64,000 nt of DNA from Macrostomum lignano (lineage: Eukaryota). Positions within the stretch are counted from its first letter, which is position 1. Every line of letters begins with the position of its first letter. Location of the stretch: contig NIVC01000105.1 of assembly GCA_002269645.1 (NCBI GenBank), positions 39,992-103,991 of the forward strand, read 5' to 3'. Shown here in pieces: positions 32,425-44,874 of this stretch. The notes beneath the pieces were generated by a model. It was given only the letters and a program-made list of their open reading frames with translations. It had not been told where the DNA came from and did no database searches. Both the position numbers and the translations under genes were made by a program.

Positions 32425-33843
32425 CTACACATTCTCAGGCCGAAGACGAAGGTGTTTAGTCAGTGTGTTCTTTTCAACTACAGGTGTCTGATTGACAATA
32501 TTGCCAGCATAATTGGCACGCTTATTCTTCAGCTCATTCGTCACAATCATTCGCAGACATTCCAAATCCATGCGAATGGGCCGCTCAAGAACGTCGCACA
32601 TTGTTTGTATAAACCAAGAGCCACTGTCCCCCACTCGGATAGCGGCAAAACCCTGGAAGGTGGCATGGCACACGTACAGATCGCAGTTATCCTGCTGACT
32701 AGTAGGGGGACTCTCGCGGGGCGCCGGACCGTCCGCATAGACTTCCCGCGGCGCACTAGTAACAGCCTGTTGAAGTAAGTCGCCTCTGCAGCATTGGAAG
32801 AAAAAGATCTTCGGTCGGTCGCGCATGCAACCGTCAAGGAAGGGCAGAACGATGTCATCCCAATACTTCAACTTTTGTCCGTCGGCGAGTTCAATGCAGT
32901 CCTCAATGCCGTGTGACATAACGAAAACAACTAGGCAGCTAAATTTTTTATTTGCCTCCATCATCTCTTTGATAAGTTTAAGAAATTTTTTTACTTCTTG
33001 AACATCTGGATCGATTCGGCAGCAGAAGTGGTACCGAAAACTATTTTGAAACAATTCTTTCAACCGCTGAACGTCCTTCTCCGAGCCGACACGAACCTCC
33101 CTACCGGGAATACGGTGCACATTGATGACGGCGCATACAGAATCAGCCATAGGATACTCGCCAATCTGTGATAGTGCATTGAAATGCGCTGACGGACTTT
33201 CCCCTATATGAGCCGTAGAAGATGGGTCAATGGCAGTAACAGCAGCAGGAGCAAAAGCAGTTGGAGCCACTGTAACACTAGCAAATCTCTGGGAGTATCC
33301 CTGGATTAAGCTGTTCACGTTTGGCGACATATCGCCGAGAAAAAGGAGAGCTTTTACATTACCATCTGTGACAACTTTTTCCTCGATTAATTGCATCATC
33401 AAATCCAGAGCATCAGTCTCAATCAATTTTCCTGTGTCTGTCAGCTTCTGCTGCAGCAGTTTGCACAGTCTGGGCACATCTCCATCAGGGAACTGGACGG
33501 CAATGTTGAATAGCAGACTTCGTAGTGGTTTAATTCGTTTTGGTGACTCTTTTACTTCTGGCAGTGTGTTTAGAATGCAACTAGCAAGCAAGGGTATGTT
33601 AGCCGCCAGCACTGCTTCATAGAGCACACCAGGAGCAGCCGATCTGCCATACCAGCGCTGCACAGCTGCCAGTAGCTGTTCACTGCTTCGAATCTCCAAC
33701 AAAGTCTTGCAGCTTGGCTCAACTGCTAATAGGAAAACAATGTCCTTGATATCCTTCAGAGATAGGAATGCCAGAAATGGTCTAATCTTGTTTCCTTGAG
33801 GATCAGGCATTGGGAAATATGCTGGTTTTAATTGCAATAACAT
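32425..33843 (-). CDS. Initiator caspase, caspase-8/10-like (two DED-like domains + caspase domain), single coding ORF; start ATG 33843 or 33810
   Basis: Catalytic His in VMSHG (32908-32916) and Cys in FFFQCCRG (32782-32796). S1 arginines in RVGSEKD and AAIR..SGSWFIQ. The N-terminal LRSLLFNIAVQFPDGDVPRLCKLL...DALDLMMQLIEEKVV resembles a DED. Confidence 0.88.
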   Translation of the reverse strand: MLLQLKPAYFPMPDPQGNKIRPFLAFLSLKDIKDIVFLLAVEPSCKTLLEIRSSEQLLAAVQRWYGRSAAPGVLYEAVLAANIPLLASCILNTLPEVKESPKRIKPLRSLLFNIAVQFPDGDVPRLCKLLQQKLTDTGKLIETDALDLMMQLIEEKVVTDGNVKALLFLGDMSPNVNSLIQGYSQRFASVTVAPTAFAPAAVTAIDPSSTAHIGESPSAHFNALSQIGEYPMADSVCAVINVHRIPGREVRVGSEKDVQRLKELFQNSFRYHFCCRIDPDVQEVKKFLKLIKEMMEANKKFSCLVVFVMSHGIEDCIELADGQKLKYWDDIVLPFLDGCMRDRPKIFFFQCCRGDLLQQAVTSAPREVYADGPAPRESPPTSQQDNCDLYVCHATFQGFAAIRVGDSGSWFIQTMCDVLERPIRMDLECLRMIVTNELKNKRANYAGNIVNQTPVVEKNTLTKHLRLRPENV

Positions 33844-34079
33844 GAAAATAAATTTTGGTTGAGTTTTTGTAGATGCATTAGCTTGATATTTAATATTTAA
33901 GCTCAACAAAGCAAAGCAAAAACATAATCAACTTAATTTTAATGCCTGCTACAGACTACAGAGGAGGCGCCAGCTACAGAGGGGTGCCAGCTATAGAGGG
34001 GTGCCAGCTACAGAGGGGTACCAGATTCAGAGGGGTGCCAGATACAGAGGGGTGTCAGATACAGAGGGGTGCCAGATAC

Positions 34080-35629
34080 GGGTCTACGACGTTTGCCTGC
34101 GGGACGTTTGCCAGCCGACGTTTGCCTGCTGGACGTTTGCCAGCCGACATTTGCCAGCCGACGTTTGCCAGCCGACGTTTGCCAGTGGGACGTTTGCCAG
34201 CCGAAGTTTGCCTGCCGGACGTTTGCCTGCGGGACGTTTGCCAGCCGACGTTTGCCAGCCGACGTTTGCCAGTGGGACGTTTGCCAGCCGAAGTTTGCCT
34301 GCCGGACGTTTGCCTGCGGGACGTTTGCCAGCCGACGTTTGCCAGCCGACATTGGCCAGCCGACATTTGCCAGCCGACGTTTGCCAGTGGGACGTTTGCC
34401 AGTCGGATGTTTGCCTGCCGGACGTTTGCCTGCCGGACGTTTGCCAGCCGACGTTTGCCAGCCAACGTTTGCCTGCCGGAAGTTTGCCAGCCAAAATTTG
34501 CTAGCCAATATAAAGCCAGTCAGTGAAAAATTTGACACTGAAACATTCGCAGTTTAGCGGTTTGACAAAAACCATTTTTACTCCAACTTTTTGACGGTTA
34601 TTCGCATGTATACAAGTTTGAATGTGAAAATATTAGATAGATAGATAGGATTTCACTTTGAATGTGAAAATATTGTTTACTTTTGACAATTGTGTATCGT
34701 TTTTCCCAGTTTGAGATGCTTGATTTTTGATGTGCGAAAGAAGACGCGCAGATTACAACGGGAATCTCCAGCGATTAAGTTATGAGGCAAACAAAAAGAG
34801 CTGCTGAGCGGTAATTCTGGCTCATATATTTCTCAGTTCATTGGGAGATCCAAAAGTAAGCAAATTGATTCCAATTCTGTTGTATTACTACTCAAGTAAG
34901 CCAGGAAACCGCGATCTCAACGTACATGTGTAGACGAGTCGAATGCGGTACGTTTGTATAGTAAGCTATATAGCTGAATAGCCAGACAAGCCGCCAGTAG
35001 CAAGCTAGTAGGATAGCAAGCGCTAGACACTACGTATGCAAAGCTTAGTCACGCCAAGGACTACTAAAGTAGAAGTACGCAGCACTCGAAATCTATGAAA
35101 AATGTTTTGAAGGCCATAGGGAGATAGGAAGTTTTCATCTTTTCAGCACAACAATTGTTATTGCTTTCATACGAGGCAAACCCAGTGTTCATCTTTTGAT
35201 ATGTTGTGCCAAAATCGTTGTTAAACTAGATATTAGACGTTAGACTGATGAACTGCATAATTTATATATTTTGCTTTCAAACCTGTATACATGCGAATAA
35301 CCGTCAAAAAGTTGGAGTAAAAATGGTTTTTGTCAAACCGCTAAACTGCGAATATTTCAGTATCAAATTTTTCACTGATTGGCTTTATATTGGCTAGCAA
35401 ATTTTGGCTGGCAAACTTCCGGCAGGCAAACGTCGGCTGGCAAATGTCGGCTGGCAAACGTCCCGCAGGCAAACGTCGGCTGGCAAACGTCCGGCAGGCA
35501 AACTTCGGCTGGCAAACGTCCCACTGGCAAACGTCGGCTGGCAAACGTCGGCTGGCAAATGTCGGCTGGCAAACGTCCCGCAGGCAAACGTCGGCTGGCA
35601 AACGTCCCGCAGGCAAACGTCGCTATCCC
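34080..35629. mobile_element. 1550-bp foldback element with long, internally tandem-repeated TIRs and 9-bp TSD (Mutator/MULE-like)
   Basis: GGG...CCC termini. The left arm 34080-34622 and right arm 35276-35629 are inverted, each made of ACGTTTGCC(A/T)GC(C/G)G 14-15-mers plus ~130 bp of unique sequence. GCCAGATAC is duplicated at 34071-34079 and 35630-35638. Confidence 0.75.
35055..35210 (+). mobile_element. Truncated terminal fragment of the same family as the 20543-21241 element
   Basis: CAAGGACTACTAAAGTAGAAGTACG matches that element's terminus at 22/25 nt. It is followed by GGAGATAGGAAGTTTTCAT...CCAGTGTTCATCTTTTGATATGTTGTGCC, shared with that element's arm. Confidence 0.8.
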
Positions 35630-37645
35630 GCCAGATACAGAGGGGTGCCAGCTATAGAGGGGTGCCAGCTACAGAGGGGTACCAGATTCAGAGGGGTGCC
35701 AGATACAGAGGGGTGTCAGATACAGAGGGGTGCCAGCTACAGAGGGGTGCCAGATACAGAGGGTTGCAGCTACAGAGGAGTGCCAGATACAGAGGGGTGC
35801 AAGATATAGAAAGGTGCCAGACACAGAAGGGTGCCAGCTATAGAGGGGTGCCAGCTACAGAGGGGTGCCAAATATAGAGGGTGCAAGCTACAAAAGGGGT
35901 GCTAAATACCAAGGGGTGCTAGCTATAGAGGGGGCAATCAATAGAGAGGGTACCAAAGAAGGGAAAATAAAAGCAATCAAGCAAATCAATATTTTGACAG
36001 GGGCTATAGCTACTTGGTTTGGCCTTCAAGATATATTTACTTTTTGAATAAAATAAGTTTTAAAATACAATACTCATATTGAATATTATATATATTATAT
36101 CTGTATAACTATACATAAAGAGGTACCCTCTTTATACCTTATATATAGGGCCCTATATCTATCTACATATACATTTATATGTTTATATTTGCTAATATGA
36201 TTATTTATATTTAAAACTTTCAACAATTATTAAAATTTTAAATAAAAAAACTTTGATTAGTATGAAATCTAATTTGAATAACTTAATCAAAGCTAGTTCA
36301 TTTATATATATTATTAGGCCTTAAAAATTGTGCAAGTTATATCCAATTGACCAAATTTAGACTAAGCCTAAAAGGAGCCTATTTAGTTTAGTAATTTACT
36401 TTACATAATAGTAGAAAATCCACATGAGGCATGGGAGGGCCACAAGTGGGAGGGATAGCCACTTCCTTTTTTGCTATGGCTAGACTTGCATATAAAGAAG
36501 ATAAGCTTCTAGGGCTTTATTATAATTTTAGGCCTATTTTAAGCCTATCCAAAAAGTTAGACTTAAAAAATCCTAGATCCCTCATTATTACTGGTATTGA
36601 TGATAATATAGTAAGTATATCTATGGCCTTGACCTAAAGGCTACATGCATGCTAAGAGGCAAGGCAAGAATATATATAAAATCAACTTGGCTTGCTATTA
36701 GAGCAAGCCTAACATTGAAATAGATATACTAATTATAGATAGGCCCTAAAACTCTTTAAAAGTCTAGGCTCATTGTATTATATATATTATTTATACAAAC
36801 AAACTTTCAAATAATTATTGAAATCTAATTTGCCTTTAGCTTTACTAGATCTAGGCCTTACTTTAAAAATAATAGGCTTACCTATAATGGTATAAGACCA
36901 ACCCACAGCAAAGATAGTAGATACAAATCTAATAGAAAGTTAGACATCTCTGATATATAACTTTTTTGGTTATAGGAACATTCTTAATATATATCCAATT
37001 TTGATGATCCTCTGAAGAATCCCTTTTTAAAAAAATGGTAGAAATAATAAAACATAATACAAGCATTATCTGTTTACTATTTTTGTTATCATTATCAATT
37101 TAGACATTTAGAGCTATGGCCTAGGCCATCTTGGTCATGTACCCCTACAACTAGGGCATACTGGCATAGGACCTAGGCCTTGAGTCTTGAGCATCCAACC
37201 AAAGCCTAGGCCAATATTTCTTAGTGTAAAAAATTAATAAATTAATAAATAGGCCTAGGCTTATCCCTTAATTCTTTGAACCATTTTTATTTCATTTTAT
37301 CTCAATCAGAACTATCAATCAAATCAAACTGTCAGTATCAGTATAACTAGTCTTAATCACATTATTATCATGCCTTACTTATCATTTCAGAAGCATGCAT
37401 TATGGGATCTAGTCACCTAGCCAAACATTACATAACAATCTGCAATCAGTCAGTGGGCTGATGGTCTGACTACTGTTGAAATGCAAACAAATTTGTCACG
37501 AGCTTCAATTATTTAAATACAAACAAACACAATTAAGTTCGAAATTAAAAATGCTCCTCAATTTACATCGACATGATAAATGCACGTAACGCTTATTGTA
37601 ATTGATCATGACGATAAATCATAAATCTATCAATTAGAGATCACA

Positions 37646-37905
37646 GGGCCTTTTCATATTGCTTGCTCTGGTTCCAGAACCAGAACCAATTTGTGAAGTA
37701 TAACTTTTTGTCTCCATAACTAGAGGGAGATACGTGCTATAAAGTTTTTATTATTGAATGACAATCGCCAAGAAGAAAGTGAAAAATTGTGCTAAGTTAG
37801 GTTGTTAAGGCAGTCAAATATTAACAGAGTTTAATAGTTATACTGCTGTTTTTCTTGGAATTCCGAACCGATTCTGGTTCTGGAATTGGTAATATGAAAA
37901 GGCCC
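37646..37905. mobile_element. 260-bp MITE, PIF/Harbinger-like
   Basis: TIR GGGCCTTTTCATATT / AATATGAAAAGGCCC, subterminal TTCCAGAACCAGAA / TTCTGGTTCTGGAA, and the 3-bp direct repeat ACA on both sides. Confidence 0.7.
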
Positions 37906-39408
37906 ACAGTGTGAGGCTGTGCCTGTGAGGTAACTGCTGGTTGCTGCTGGTGCATGCTGAAAAAAACTTAGGCCTACCCTAGGTAATATTATTATATCTA
38001 TCTCGTAAGTCTTTTCAGTGTTTTTTAGTTTCTATAAAATCTAGCTGGATGCATTTAAAACATATGCTATTGTGCAGTATTGCAAAGTTTGTTTTACTGT
38101 GCACGTTGCTTTATTCTGGAGATCGTACATTTTTAGTTTCTTTAAACCGTGGAATTTTTATCATCGTATTTCGTGCTTTTACTATTTGCTTATATAACTC
38201 GTAGAAAATTGTATAGTTCATCCGATAAAATTATCAAGAAGCAGCAAGCAGAGGCAAAGTATTTTACTGGGTAAGTTAAAACAGCGTAATTCTCTGGCAG
38301 CAATAGCAGAGCGATAGTGCATTTTTTTATGTCAACATTTCATTATTAATATTAGACGACGTAGTACCAGGTATCAGTACGACAGTATCTCAGACGCAAA
38401 AACCACGGGCAGACGTTTGCTACAGCGTATTAGGCCTATTATTAACTTCTTTTTCGAACAAATTTATTTTGCAGTCGTCAGTCTGCAAAATTAGAAAAGT
38501 ACGCATTGCTTTTTGAAAAACAACCCATCTATTTCATTTGATGAAAATTCAAAGCATTGTAATTAATAATGCGATGCTATTCCTAATCTAATTATTGTTA
38601 ATTTAAACACAGTTTTTTTTTAAAACAAATACTTTAAACAGGTAAATTGAAGGATTTGAGTCACAAATCAGAATCACTGTAAAGGTGGCTGATGTTTTGT
38701 TTTTATTTAGGTATAGCTATTTTTCATTTCTATACCTCGTGCCAAGGAATTTACACTTAAACAGTAAAATGCGAGATGGTATTTGCCACTAAACGGCAAT
38801 CAAACGAACGTTTTGCTTGTCTAGATGTCTTACTTGTGAGCTCAGCACCAAAATTGATTGATTGAAACTAGTAACACAGTTAATGAATAATGTATAAAGA
38901 TTAAAGAGCGCTGAGCTGGAATCAGTGCACTTTGCTGCAACTTGATTTTAATCTCATTATTGATTTAGTTCTTCTATAGTGTGCCCATGCAATGTAGTCA
39001 ATGATTGGTCCCTGCTGACCTACTTGAGACAGACAAACTAGGCATGTGACATTAGGGTTTTAAATTCAATGTTGAATAGAAAACGTTTAAAACGTTCTAC
39101 AGCTTCTCTATTCAACACGACTATCTTACTATCCCTTTCTGTCTATCATTTTCTCAGATTATATAAAGACTTCACTATATTCTTTCCTCTGGCGGACTTT
39201 TACGCATTCATCTCCAATCTACCTTAGTTCGTTTACTGTTTTTTTCCTTCTTGCTCTCCGTTTCTCCGTTCCTCCCTTCCTCCGCCTCCGCCTTCCCTCT
39301 TCTCGCTGCGTTAAGTCTCGATCTTTTTCAAAACTACCAAATAATTTGGAGCCAACAAATTCGTTTTTTTTCCCATTTTTTCCACATCTCACAACCGGGC
39401 ACTTTAGC

Positions 39409-39569
39409 ATGTCTACAGCGGGCTCCGTGTACGCCGCCGACAGCGCCCGCGGCGCTCCATCTTCGAGCGTCGGTCGCAAAACGTCGATGGCGACCTCGGC
39501 TGACAGCCTTAGCGCTCGAGTTATGTCAGAGATAAGCGTCATCGGTAGTCTGACTTTAAACAGCGTTGT
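39409..39569 (+). CDS. WD40-repeat protein, exon 1 (predicted)
   Basis: ATG 39409 in a GC-rich coding-like stretch (MSTAGSVYAADS...). Consensus donor GT|GTGAGT at 39569/39570 (phase 2) joins in frame to exon 2. Confidence 0.7.
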
Positions 39570-39664
39570 GTGAGTTAGCTTTTAAGGATATTTAAATGCA
39601 TTTAGAAAGTTAGTGAATACGCGTAGTTGATAACAGATTAGAAAAATTATTCAAAGAAACAAAA

Positions 39665-40090
39665 ACAACCCTAGATAACACAGCCCTAGATAACACAGCT
39701 CTAGATAATACAGCCCTAGATAACACAGCTCTAGATAATACAGCCCTAGATAACATAGCCCTAGATAACACAGCCCTGGATAACTCAGCCATAGAATATG
39801 CGCAACCCTAGATAACAGCCTTAGATAACACAGCCCTGGATAACATAGCCCTGGATAATATAGCCCTGGATAACACAGCCATGGAATATACGCAGCCCTA
39901 GATAGAACAACCCTAGATAACACAACCCTAGATAACATCAATGGATAACACAGCCCTAGATAACACAGCCATAGAATATACACAACCCTAGATAACACAG
40001 CCATAGAATATACGCAACCCTAGATAACACTGCCCTAGATAACACAGCCATAGAACATATGCAACCCTAGATAACACTGCCCTAGATTCA
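39665..40090 (+). repeat. 15-bp minisatellite ATAACACAGCCCTAG in WD40 intron 1
   Basis: Tandem imperfect units. Confidence 0.9.
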
Positions 40091-40160
40091 GAACATAACA
40101 ATATGACCAATCCTTTGTAGTAGCTATACTGCTCTACTCCTCATATTCCCTGATTTTCAG

Positions 40161-40944
40161 CGAGTTCCCAGACGAAGAATGCATGGTAGTCCGTCTGTCG
40201 CACGACAAAGCCCTATGGGCTGTGGGCCTCAGCTCTGGCAAAATCCAGTTCTTTACAACAGAAAGCTGCACTCTGGTCTATTCGTTGGACCCACCGGAGA
40301 GGAAGGAGAACGAGACGGTCACTGGACTGGTCTTCGTTCCGCCCGATCCCAGCTCGCAGAAGACCGAGCGCCAGCATCTGATCCTAGCCTGCTACGCCAC
40401 AGGACAAGTTCGCCTGTGGCACTACACAGGCGTTGCTAATCCGTTGCTATGGACGCTGCAAGTTGAAGCTCTACCGCAGGAGGGCGAGTCGCACCCCCAG
40501 CAGCAGTCGGAAAAGTCCCGACAACGCGGCGGCAAAGCCAAGGAGTCTGAGAACCAGCAGTTGCTCTGCCTGGCCTGTTCGCCGGACTCTCAGCGTTTCG
40601 TTGTTGGCGGAGTCGGCGGAGAGATTCGAGTGTACGAATTCCGCCGGCACAACCTCATCAATGTGTGCCAGTCGAGCTATTCGGTCAACCGAGTCGATGG
40701 TCACAGGAATCGAGTCTGCGCGCTGCTCTACCACCCGCTGGGCAGGCAGATGCCGGCAGACTATGGTCACGTGTTCCTGTCAGGCGGCTGGGACAACACC
40801 GTGCAGATCTGGGACGACAGGCGAGGCCACAGCCTCTGGGTGTACTTCGGCCCGCACGTCTGCGGCACTGACGCCCTGGACATTGATCCTCTGCAGAATC
40901 ACATCCTCACCAGCAGCTGGGAGAGGCACAGGGCTCTGCTGCAG
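40161..40944 (+). CDS. WD40-repeat protein, exon 2
   Basis: Acceptor TGATTTTCAG|C. Encodes GQVRLWH, GEIRVYE, DGHRNRVCAL, FLSGGWDNTVQIWD and GPHVCGTDALD. Donor CAG|GTAAGC at 40944. Confidence 0.9.
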
Positions 40945-40967
40945 GTAAGCTGTGGGATGCATTTGGA

Positions 40968-41335
40968 TCTCTGACCCTGCATTCATCTCTGACCCTGCAT
41001 TCTCTGACCCTGCATTCTCTGACCCTGCATTCATTTCTGACCCTGCATTCTCTGACCCTGCATTCTCCGACCCTGCATTCATCTCTGACCCTGCATTCTC
41101 TTACCCTGCATTCTCTGACCCTGCATTCATCTCTGACCCTGCATTCTCTGACCCTGCATTCTCTGACCCTGCATTCATCTCTGACCCTGCATTCTCTGAC
41201 CCTGCATTCATCTCTGACCCTGCATTCTCTGACCCTGCATTCTCTGACCCTGCATTCTCTGACCCTGCATTCTCTGACCCTGCATTCTCTGACCCTGCAT
41301 TCTCTGACCCTGCATTCTCTGACCCTGCATTTTCC
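40968..41335 (+). repeat. 15/18-bp minisatellite TCTCTGACCCTGCAT(TCA) at the start of WD40 intron 2
   Basis: Tandem units beginning about 25 nt after the donor site. Confidence 0.95.
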
Positions 41336-41867
41336 GAATCCTGCTCACTGATTGCAATTAATAGAAATAGAAGTAAAGTAATTTTTGAAAAATTCTACAC
41401 AACGTGTGAAACAATGTTTATCGATAAAGTTCAACGTCCTTGACATTGAAAATGTGCATCAAAAATTTACCTCTGAGATCGTCATTTCCTCAGTGGTATT
41501 TGAAGCTTGTCAATCTTGTTATAAAATGTGCAACTTTAACTGACTGACTGACACTGCATAGCCTTCCACAAAAAGGTGTTGTGACTAACAGCGCGATTAG
41601 CATTGCACAGATAACAAGTGTGATAAAATTAGCGGTAAAAAACACATTTTGCCAAAACTGTACTCACATTTATTACCCTATTCGGTAGATTTGGGGTTTT
41701 ATGATTGAATCTTTCTACATTTTTGGTTTAGTCTGTTCTTGATAGTTGAGAAGAAATTTTGGTTTCATTCTGAATTTTTTGTGACATAACATTTTTCATC
41801 TTTAGTACTTGAATAGCCGGTTTGTGTGTGATTGAGTATTAAACTCATCTGACTTAAGCACATGTAA

Positions 41868-44590
41868 TGACCTACTCAATGACCCAAGCGTGACCTACTC
41901 CACGACCCAAGCGTGATCTACTCCATGACTCAAGCGTGACCTACTCCATGACCCAAGCGTGACCTACTCCATGACCCAAGCGTGACCTACTCCATGACTC
42001 AAGCGTGACCTACTCCATGACCCAAGCGTGACCTACTCCATGACTCAATCGTCACCTACTACATGACCCAAGCGTGACCTACTCAATGATCCAATCGTCA
42101 CCTACTCCATGACCCAAGCGTGACCTACTCCAAGACCCAAGCGTGACCTACTCCATGACCCAAGCGTGACCTACTCCATGAATCAAGCGTGACCTACTCC
42201 ATGACCCAAGCGTGACCTACTCCATGACCCAAGCGTGACCTACTCCTTGCCCCAAGCGTGACCTACTCCATGAATTAAGCGTGACCTACTCCTTGACCCA
42301 AGCGTGACCTACTCCATGACCCAAGCGTGACCTACTCCATGAATCAAGCGTGACCTACTCCATGACCCAAGCGTGACCTACTCCTTTGACCCAAGCGTGA
42401 CCTACTCCATGACCCAAGCGTGACCTACTCCTTTGACCCAAGCGTGACCTACTCCATGACCCAAGCGTGACCTACTCCATGACCTAAGCGTGACCTACTC
42501 CATGACCCAAGCGTGACCTACTCCTTTGACCCAAGCGTGACCTACTCCATGACCCAAGCGTGACCTACTCCTTTGACCCAAGCGTGACCTACTCCATGAC
42601 CCAAGCGTGACCTACTCCATGACCCAAGCGTGACCTACTCCACGACCCAAGCGTGATCTACTCCATGACTCAAGCGTGACCTACTCCATGACCCAAGCGT
42701 GACCTACTCCATGACTCAATCGTGACCTACTCCATGACTCAAGCGTGACCTACTCCATGACCCAAGCGTGACCTACTCCATGACTCAATCGTCACCTACT
42801 ACATGACCCAAGCGTGACCTACTCCATGACTCAATCGTCACCTACTACATGACCCAAGCGTGACCTACTCAATGATCCAATCGTCACCTACTCCATGACC
42901 CAAGCGTGACCTACTCCAAGACCCAAGCGTGACCTACTCCATGACCCAAGCGTGACCTACTCCATGACCCAAGCGTGACCTACTCCTTTGACCCAAGCGT
43001 GACCTACTCCATGAATCAAGCGTGACCTACTCCTTGACCCAAGCGTGACCTACTCCATGACCCAAGCGTGACCTACTCCATGAATCAAGCGTGACCTACT
43101 CCATGACCCAAGCGTGACCTACTCCTTTGACCCAAGCGTGACCTACTCCATGACCCAAGCGTGACCTACTCCTTTGACCCAAGCGTGACCTACTCCATGA
43201 CTCAATCGTCACCTACTACATGACCCAAGCGTGACCTACTCCATGACTCAATCGTCACCTACTACATGACCCAAGCGTGACCTACTCAATGATCCAATCG
43301 TCACCTACTCCATGACCCAAGCGTGACCTACTCTAAGACCCAAGCGTGACCTACTCCATGACCCAAGCGTGACCTACTCCATGACCCAAGCGTGACCTAC
43401 TCCTTTGACCCAAGCGTGACCTACTCCATGAATCAAGCGTGACCTACTCCTTGACCCAAGCGTGACCTACTCCATGACCCAAGCGTGACCTACTCCATGA
43501 ATCAAGCGTGACCTACTCCATGACCCAAGCGTGACCTACTCCTTTGACCCAAGCGTGACCTACTCCATGACCCAAGCGTGACCTACTCCTTTGACCCAAG
43601 CGTGACCTACTCCATGACCCAAGCGTGACCTACTCCATGACCCAAGCGTGACCTACTCCATGACCTAAGCGTGACCTACTCCATGACCCAAGCGTGACCT
43701 ACTCCTTTGACCCAAGCGTGACCTACTCCATGACTCAAGCGTGACCTACTCCATGACCCAAGCGTGACCTACTCCATGACCCAAGCGTGACCTACTCCAT
43801 GACCCAAGCGTGACCTACTCCATGACCCAAGCGTGACCTACTCCATGAATCAAGCGTGACCTACTCCTTGACCCAAGCGTGACCTACTCCATGACCCAAG
43901 CGTGACCTACTCCATGACCTAAGCGTGACCTACTCCATGACCCAGGCGTGACCTACTCCATGACCCAGGCGTGACCTACTCCATGACCCAAGCGTGACCT
44001 ACTCCATGACCCAAGCGTGACCTACTCCATGAATCAAGCGTGACCTACTCCATGACCCAAGCGTGACCTACTCCATGACCCAAGCGTGACCTACTCCATG
44101 ACCCAAGCGTGACCTACTCCTTTGACCCAAGCGTGACCTACTCCATGACCCAAGCGTGACCTACTCCATGACCCAAGCGTGACCTACTCCATGACCTAAG
44201 CGTGACCTACTCCATGACCTAAGCGTGACCTACTCCATGACCCAGGCGTGACCTACTCCATGACCCAGGCGTGACCTACTCCATGACCCAAGCGTGACCT
44301 ACTCCATGACCCAAGCGTGACCTACTCCATGACCCAAGCGTGACCTACTCCATGACCCAAGCGTGACCTACTCCATGACCCAAGCGTGACCTACTCCATG
44401 ACCCAAGCGTGACCTACTCCATGACCCAAGTGTGACCTACTCCATGACCCAAGCGTGACCTACTCCATGACCCAAGCGTGACCTACTCCATGACCCAAGC
44501 GTGACCTACTCCATGACCCAAGCGTGACCTACTCCATGACCCAAGCGTGACCTACTCCATGACCCAAGCGTGACCTACTCCATGACCCAA
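41868..44590 (+). repeat. 23-bp minisatellite ATGACCCAAGCGTGACCTACTCC, about 118 units, in WD40 intron 2
   Basis: Tandem units ending about 17 nt before the exon-3 acceptor. Confidence 0.95.
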
Positions 44591-44607
44591 TCTAACATCT
44601 TTACCAG

Positions 44608-44829
44608 GTATGGAAATTTCAAGACGAAGCCGCCAGAGGCCGCGTTGATCTGGACGAGCCTGGCGTCCAAGAGGACATGCTAAAAGGCCGTCCGCTGGGT
44701 GAACTTCAACAGGACCCGCTGACCGCACCGTCCATGGGCTACGTGGCCCAGTGGCTGGGCGATCAGTACATGCTGTTCGCGGGGAGCAATGCAAACCTGC
44801 TCAAAATTGTCGACAGAGGCACGCTTAAT
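44608..44829 (+). CDS. WD40-repeat protein, exon 3
   Basis: Acceptor CTTTACCAG|GTA gives LQ|VWKF in frame, then YVAQWLGDQYMLFAGSNANLLKIVD. Donor AAT|GTGAGA (phase 0). Confidence 0.8.
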
Positions 44830-44874
44830 GTGAGATTATGCATTAGTAATCTTTGTTTGAGTCTTGGTATGACT

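Larger units (their letters stand above)
33950..35920 (+). repeat. 17-bp minisatellite AGAGGGGTGCCAG(A/C)TAC (33950-34079 and 35630-~35920), split by an inserted element
   Basis: Same-orientation tandem units on both sides of the foldback element. Confidence 0.9.
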
